Virus record (IMG/VR): IMGVR_UViG_3300035520_000906
Reading direction: 5' to 3' (one strand)
DNA from: an uncultured virus (IMG/VR IMGVR_UViG_3300035520_000906)
Lineage: Duplodnaviria > Heunggongvirae > Uroviricota > Caudoviricetes
DNA: 64,000 nt
Within the stretch, counting starts at the first letter, position 1, and every line of letters begins with the position of its first letter. Positions 59,525-64,000 of this stretch are shown here, one piece after another. The notes below the pieces were generated by a model, which saw only the letters and a program-made list of their open reading frames with translations, was not told the origin of the DNA and searched no databases. The translations under genes were made by a program, and so were the position numbers.

Positions 59525-59585
59525 GAAGAAAATGTACACTTTCTTTACTGAGTGTGTACTAACTCTTTTAAGGTCTTTCGACCAG

Positions 59586-59659
59586 TGGACCATGTAGGAC
59601 TCGAACCTACGACCGCTCGGTTATGAGCCGAATGCTCTGACCAACTGAGCTAATGGTCC
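59586..59659 (-). tRNA. tRNA(CAU), probably Ile2 (lysidine)
   Basis: GGACCAT acceptor and body typical of Firmicute tRNA-Ile2; CT CAT AA loop. Confidence 0.85.
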
Positions 59660-59687
59660 AAATTTTAATGTAGTTCTTATCTTTTAA

Positions 59688-59763
59688 TGTAACAAGGAAA
59701 TAACTTACTAACTGATGCCTCGTCAATGATGTCTTACCTGCGTTCAGCCACTTCCTTACTACA
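59688..59763 (-). ncRNA. Candidate small RNA, 18-bp G-U-rich stem
   Basis: TGTAGTAAGGAAGTGGCT pairs with AGTTATTTCCTTGTTACA. Confidence 0.55.
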
Positions 59764-59765
59764 AG

Positions 59766-59841
59766 TTGGAATGCTGGGATTCGAACCCAGGACAGACGTG
59801 GGGTATAAGCCTACCGCTCTAACCAACTGAGCTACATTCCA
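59766..59841 (-). tRNA. tRNA-Ile(UAU)
   Basis: TGGAATG/CATTCCA acceptor, GTAGG-CT TAT AC-CCCAC (one mismatch), GTTCGAATC. Confidence 0.85.
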
Positions 59842-59889
59842 TTAATATGTATTATCAGAAATTACTTTCTGTCTCAACCTTACTTAATT

Positions 59890-59918
59890 ATTATATCATC
59901 TTTACTTTCTTTTGTCAA
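59890..59918 (-). promoter_or_regulatory. Consensus sigmaA promoter
   Basis: TTGACA-17 nt-TATAAT with extended TG. Confidence 0.9.
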
Positions 59919-59982
59919 GAACTTTTTAAAACCTTTTTCAAATAAATTTGAAATCAATTTTTATATCCTTAACACATTTATT

Positions 59983-60011
59983 ATATTATCATATAATATT
60001 TATTTTGTCAA
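59983..60011 (-). promoter_or_regulatory. Second tandem sigmaA promoter
   Basis: TTGACA-17 nt-TAATAT with extended TG. Confidence 0.65.
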
Positions 60012-60046
60012 CTACTTTTTTCAAAAATTTTTTATATTTTGAAAAG

Positions 60047-60129
60047 TGTAGGTAGTGGGACTTGAACCCACACTCATTAAATGAACAGCATCCTTAGTGC
60101 TGCCTGTCTGCCAATTCCAGCATACCTAC
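60047..60129 (-). tRNA. tRNA-Leu(AAG)
   Basis: GTAGGTA acceptor, CAGCA-CT AAG GA-TGCTG, long variable arm. Confidence 0.9.
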
Positions 60130-60142
60130 AAATCTTTATAAG

Positions 60143-60222
60143 TGCTCCCTGAGGGACTTGAACCCTCACCCTCTCGGAACAGATTTTGAATCTGTCGTGT
60201 CTGCCTATTCCACCAAAGGAGC
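60143..60222 (-). tRNA. tRNA-Leu(CAA)
   Basis: GCTCCTT acceptor, ACAGA-TT CAA AA-TCTGT. Confidence 0.95.
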
Positions 60223-60235
60223 TTACTTATTAAAG

Positions 60236-60312
60236 TGGAGCCTACGTGAATCGAACACGCCTGATTTCCTCTTTGCAAGAGAGGTGACCACCCCAATGCA
60301 GTCCCAGACCCC
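60236..60312 (-). tRNA. tRNA-Ala(UGC)
   Basis: G3:U70 pair, CCTCT-CT TGC AA-AGAGG. Confidence 0.9.
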
Positions 60313-60379
60313 ATATTACAGGAACCTATTATTCTTTACACCAAAAGAGTTTTAATTGCTGTATGGTTCCCAATATAAA

Positions 60380-60453
60380 TCGACGTTGCCGGATTCGAAC
60401 CGACGGCCTCTTGATCCCAAATCAAGCGCTCTACCAAACTGAGCCAAACGTCG
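60380..60453 (-). tRNA. tRNA-Pro(UGG)
   Basis: CGACGTT acceptor, CTTGA-TT TGG GA-TCAAG. Confidence 0.95.
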
Positions 60454-60465
60454 TTATTATTTTAG

Positions 60466-60544
60466 TGTGCCTAGAGGGACTTGAACCCTCACGCCGAAGC
60501 AACTGGGCTTAAACCAGTTGTGTCTGCCATTCCACCACAGGCAC
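60466..60544 (-). tRNA. tRNA-Leu(UAA)
   Basis: GTGCCTG acceptor, ACTGG-TT TAA GC-CCAGT. Confidence 0.95.
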
Positions 60545-60579
60545 ATTTATTTGTATCTCTTAATCATTTCTACACTCTT

Positions 60580-60607
60580 ATTATACATCATAATTACTTT
60601 TTGTCAA
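60580..60607 (-). promoter_or_regulatory. sigmaA promoter heading the tRNA array
   Basis: TTGACA-16 nt-TATAAT. Confidence 0.8.
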
Positions 60608-60679
60608 CTACTTTTTTAAAAATTTATTAGAAAAATTTCATAATGTTTTACTAATTTTTAGTTAAGTTTAATAAACATA

Positions 60680-60775
60680 CTAACTGTATTGGTATGTTTC
60701 AATGTTTATCAATCTTAAGTTTGTTTTGGCTCCCAATATAGCAGGGTCACCGAGGTCAGCTAATGCGGGGTCCAT
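60680..60775 (-). CDS. 31-aa small ORF
   Basis: AGGAGG RBS; MDPALADLGDPAILGAKTNLRLINIETYQYS. Confidence 0.4.
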   Translation of the reverse strand: MDPALADLGDPAILGAKTNLRLINIETYQYS

Positions 60776-60794
60776 CTTGTTTCCTCCTGTACAT

Positions 60795-60833
60795 AAAAAT
60801 AACCGTTAAGCTCATTCAATGGCTTAACGGTTA
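60795..60833 (-). terminator. Intrinsic terminator
   Basis: TAACCGTTAAGC/GCTTAACGGTTA stem plus T-run. Confidence 0.75.
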
Positions 60834-60874
60834 GTATCTTTATTATGAAAGTCATTAAATTAGCTAAAACCCTA

Positions 60875-60979
60875 TTAAATTTGCACGTTTATAAGACCTA
60901 TCAAAGCTAATATTGATAGGTTTGCTAGTGCTGCGGGTAAGCTAACTATGCTATTTACATTATTTCTAATGCAATCCAT
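60875..60979 (-). CDS. 34-aa hydrophobic small ORF
   Basis: AAGGAG RBS; MDCIRNNVNSIVSLPAALANLSILALIGLINVQI; followed by a terminator. Confidence 0.45.
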   Translation of the reverse strand: MDCIRNNVNSIVSLPAALANLSILALIGLINVQI

Positions 60980-61034
60980 GACTTTTTCTCCTTAAATATT
61001 TATTAAAAACATACTTTTATTATGTGAATGTAGT

Positions 61035-62228
61035 TTATTTCGTCTTTAATTTTTCTCTCAGGCTTTCACAATCTATTTGTCCAAGCTTTCTTTGTTTCTT
61101 TAATTCACTTATGCATTCTCTTATCTTTATATCTCTAATTGAATCAACACTTATAGCTGTTACATATGATGTTTCTAATTCAGTACTTATGTATAAACTT
61201 TGTAATCTCTCAAGCCTCATAAAATTTGTAACTGATAATGATTTTAAATTCTTAGGAAACTTAACATCAACTGGATATGTATTCATAAATATTCCATCAT
61301 GCAACTTCTCTATTTTTGTATCGTATATATCTATGATTTCTAATGGAGTAAATTTGAATGCCTGACTACCTATCAATCTTAAATCTCCACTTATAGAAAT
61401 TTTATGTATGTGAGATGTTAAGAATGCTCCAGTTCCTATTATACTAAGTTTATCATTAAAATCTACTGTCAAATCACACTCTGAGCAATATGCAAATGCA
61501 AAATCTCCAATCTCTGTTACATTGTCTCCTAATCTAACATAAGATAGTCCTTTACAATTTGCAAATGCTGTTTTACCTATTTTTTCTACTGAATTACCTA
61601 TGTAAATACTTTTTATATGTGTATCACAAAAAGATTTGTCTGCTATGTATTTTACAAAGTCAGGTATTACTAGCTGACTATTTATGTCTTTGCTATTTCT
61701 ATATCCTGTAACTACTAATTCATTGTACAAGTCAAAATCATAAGATAATGTACTCTTACCAGTCATTGCTAATTTATAATTATATGATTCCATCTTATAA
61801 ATTAGATATGCTCGTTTATTTATTGTAGGTATCTTACCAAATTTAGTTGTTATACCATTACCAACAAATTGAATACCACTAAACTTATCTCTGTTGCTCT
61901 TTATTTCTTGTAATGTCATTCTTCTTAAAATACAATTATTATCTGCCACTAGATATGCTCCATCTTGGAATTTAAAAAGAATAACTAATTTATTTCTTAG
62001 GTCTACTACTGTACCTTTTCTATTATAGTTTACAAGTATTATCTTTTTATATTTACTGTCTGGTACGTAATGTTCTGCCTTTACTGCTTTCCCACTTTGT
62101 ATCATACTATCTATTTCGTATTGAGTTATACTTGTTATTGTCATATAATTTGTATTTATTGCACTATATATTTCTCCATAGGGTTCTTCTGATGCTTTAT
62201 ATAATATAATTGTATAATTACTATTCAC
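61035..62228 (-). CDS. BspA-type LRR protein
   Basis: IGKTAFANCKGLSYVRLGDNVTEIGDFAF. Confidence 0.88.
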   Translation of the reverse strand: MNSNYTIILYKASEEPYGEIYSAINTNYMTITSITQYEIDSMIQSGKAVKAEHYVPDSKYKKIILVNYNRKGTVVDLRNKLVILFKFQDGAYLVADNNCILRRMTLQEIKSNRDKFSGIQFVGNGITTKFGKIPTINKRAYLIYKMESYNYKLAMTGKSTLSYDFDLYNELVVTGYRNSKDINSQLVIPDFVKYIADKSFCDTHIKSIYIGNSVEKIGKTAFANCKGLSYVRLGDNVTEIGDFAFAYCSECDLTVDFNDKLSIIGTGAFLTSHIHKISISGDLRLIGSQAFKFTPLEIIDIYDTKIEKLHDGIFMNTYPVDVKFPKNLKSLSVTNFMRLERLQSLYISTELETSYVTAISVDSIRDIKIRECISELKKQRKLGQIDCESLREKLKTK

Positions 62229-62255
62229 TTTGCACCTCCCTATAATTTTGATTGT

Positions 62256-63050
62256 TTATCTTTTAAATAAGCTGAATATTGACACTTTCTTATCTTTATC
62301 TCCAGGATATTCTGTCTCAATAAGTTTGTTAGCTGTCATTTTATTTTTTATTGATTGCTTTCTATAATTGTTTTTATAGGTATCTCTAAGTCTTACTTCA
62401 AATTCACTTAATATATCTCTGCTACCACACCTATAAACCTTAACTTCAACTGTACTCTTAAACACATCAGATATGTCTACTTGATTTGATTTGGTTTCTA
62501 TCTCACCCTCATGTATTTCAGTTGAGTCACTTCTATCTGATACATCATCATTGTATCTTATAATTACTTTTAAATTTTCAGGTTTTTGATTATTTACATT
62601 AAATAGTATATTGTAATCTGAAAAATAGTATGTTCCATTCTCAGTCATGTCACCATAATATCTTGTTCCGCAGTCTACTTTATTTATTATTTTAACATCT
62701 GCATTATACTTATACATACCGAGTAATGCAGCAGCTTTTACTGCTATATCATCTATTTCTGCAAAGGTGTCTTTCGGATTTTTTCTTGTAGGTGCATCCT
62801 TAGTTGCATGCTCACCCTTAAATTCTTTTCTCAAACTGAAATCTGATGAGTCACTTATTTTTGGTGTTGTTGACATTAATCTTCCATCTGATGTTAATGT
62901 TAAATTATCAACTTTTAGTTTATTTGATGCTATTAAATTTTTTAACTCAGTTGCACCTATGTCCTGTATATTTCTGTTAGCATCTTGTAGTTTGTATCCT
63001 ATTATTTTTCCTGTATTGTCTCTAAATTTATATATACAGGTTACTTCCAT
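62256..63050 (-). CDS. Hypothetical protein with recurrent N-terminal module
   Basis: EVTCIYKFRDNTGKIIGYKLQD...ELKNLIASNKLKVDNLTLTSDGRL. Confidence 0.8.
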   Translation of the reverse strand: MEVTCIYKFRDNTGKIIGYKLQDANRNIQDIGATELKNLIASNKLKVDNLTLTSDGRLMSTTPKISDSSDFSLRKEFKGEHATKDAPTRKNPKDTFAEIDDIAVKAAALLGMYKYNADVKIINKVDCGTRYYGDMTENGTYYFSDYNILFNVNNQKPENLKVIIRYNDDVSDRSDSTEIHEGEIETKSNQVDISDVFKSTVEVKVYRCGSRDILSEFEVRLRDTYKNNYRKQSIKNKMTANKLIETEYPGDKDKKVSIFSLFKR

Positions 63051-63071
63051 TTCTATACTACCTCCTTAAAT

Positions 63072-64000
63072 CTATCTGTTTAGTTCAATTACCTCCATGA
63101 AATAATCATAATCTTGCCTGTATAAACTGTACATTTCCACTAAGCTTATCCAACCAAGTCTATGAAATTCTTCTTCTGTTATTGCTTTGTAATTTGCTTT
63201 ATTATGTTTTCCAGTTTTCATAGCTCGTAATGTATCTTTAGTGTATAAGTCTATTTCCTTTAAAGATTTAGTTGTTGATATTCTAGGAAATGAATACATT
63301 GCCCAACCAAATGTTGTATCATTACTTATTGCACAAAATAAATTTTTATTATTAAGCTGTCTTATTATTCTTCTTGCTACTATTTCAAATGACTCATGAT
63401 CTTTTTCAATACATATTCTACCTTTTCTACACCATCTATGTATTTGTTTCTTAATCTTTTGTTTTGCATGGTCAGATATGTCTATCTTCCCATCGCCCAT
63501 TAGCTTAAGTCCTAAATACTCTATGTCATCTCCAGGCTCGAACCATGTATATTTTTCTGGATTCATTGTTAATCCATACTGCTCCAAAAAATCAATTATT
63601 ATATCTAAGTCTTTTTGTAAATCCTCTTTTGACTTATCTAAAACTATTATGTCATCACTATATCTTGCATATACCTTATTTTTATCTTCAAAGTATTCAT
63701 CACAAGGTTTTAAACACCAATTTGCAAAGAAGCTTCCAAATGCACACCCAGGAATTAATGCCTTCCATTCTTCAATTTCTTTGCCGTTCCACATAACTTT
63801 ATCAGATAACATTAAATTTTCAACAGTCTTTTTTAATCCCCCATTGAATAATTCATTTATCATTTCAGCAACCTTTTCTCTTGAAACGCTGTTGAAATAA
63901 GCATGTATGTCAACCTTTACACCAAATCTAAGTTCATCATTTCTATTATCCTTGATGTATTGAATTGCATGACCTGTACTTTCACCAGTTTTATATGAAA
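63072..64000 (-). CDS. Reverse transcriptase (YSDD) with maturase-like C-terminus; 5' end outside the window
   Basis: Frame open to the edge: SYKTGES..AI, KVDIHAYFNSV, LIPGCAFGSFFAN, YARYSDD, GLTMNPEK, IEYLGL, GWAMY..SLKEIDLY..LR. Confidence 0.92.
   Translation of the reverse strand, partial: SYKTGESTGHAIQYIKDNRNDELRFGVKVDIHAYFNSVSREKVAEMINELFNGGLKKTVENLMLSDKVMWNGKEIEEWKALIPGCAFGSFFANWCLKPCDEYFEDKNKVYARYSDDIIVLDKSKEDLQKDLDIIIDFLEQYGLTMNPEKYTWFEPGDDIEYLGLKLMGDGKIDISDHAKQKIKKQIHRWCRKGRICIEKDHESFEIVARRIIRQLNNKNLFCAISNDTTFGWAMYSFPRISTTKSLKEIDLYTKDTLRAMKTGKHNKANYKAITEEEFHRLGWISLVEMYSLYRQDYDYFMEVIELNR

Noticed and set aside
54079..60314. Short minus-strand ORFs 54079..54261, 55340..55570, 59039..59233, 60126..60314
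   Set aside because: They overlap tRNAs or structured RNAs and are likely spurious.
466..63900. All plus-strand ORFs in the track (for example 1225..2031, 17597..18097)
   Set aside because: They are antisense shadows of minus-strand genes with no recognisable motifs.
63050..64000. Retron or intact group II intron
   Set aside because: No VTG motif, and no room or sequence for DV/DVI after the stop. The upstream region is not visible.
1..64000. Stop-codon reassignment
   Set aside because: Long conserved genes read through in code 11, TAG ends several genes normally, and no suppressor tRNA was found.

Overview
AT-rich window in which every credible gene lies on the minus strand. It reads as part of a jumbo phage or other giant extrachromosomal element, probably of gut or rumen Clostridia (inference), and no virion structural gene is recognisable. 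It uses the standard genetic code. 1-15.9 kb: truncated FtsK/HerA-type ATPase, BspA-like LRR proteins, SbcC C-terminal half, two DUF5131 proteins, membrane and lipoproteins, stand-alone EAL phosphodiesterase. 15.9-41 kb: replication and transcription core with a divergent beta-clamp, SbcD, SbcC N-terminal half, gp32-like SSB, Toprim primase, a family A DNA polymerase flanked by two Cys-repeat nucleases, degenerate RNase H-like and PolA-like genes, two sigma-like proteins and HolA. 41-53.8 kb: hypotheticals, a frameshifted Dam-like methylase, Lgt, a stand-alone CHC2 zinc finger, HNH. 53.9-60.6 kb: an RNA island with 10 intact tRNAs, one pseudo-tRNA, GIY-YIG and LAGLIDADG genes, a DUF6036 nucleotidyltransferase pair and many structured non-coding RNAs. 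These include a tandem pair of ~300-nt RNAs with clear covariation and a ~540-nt ornate RNA with repeated loop motifs. The window ends inside a YSDD reverse transcriptase that lacks retron, DGR and intact group II intron hallmarks. All calls are by eye from motifs; no searches were run.
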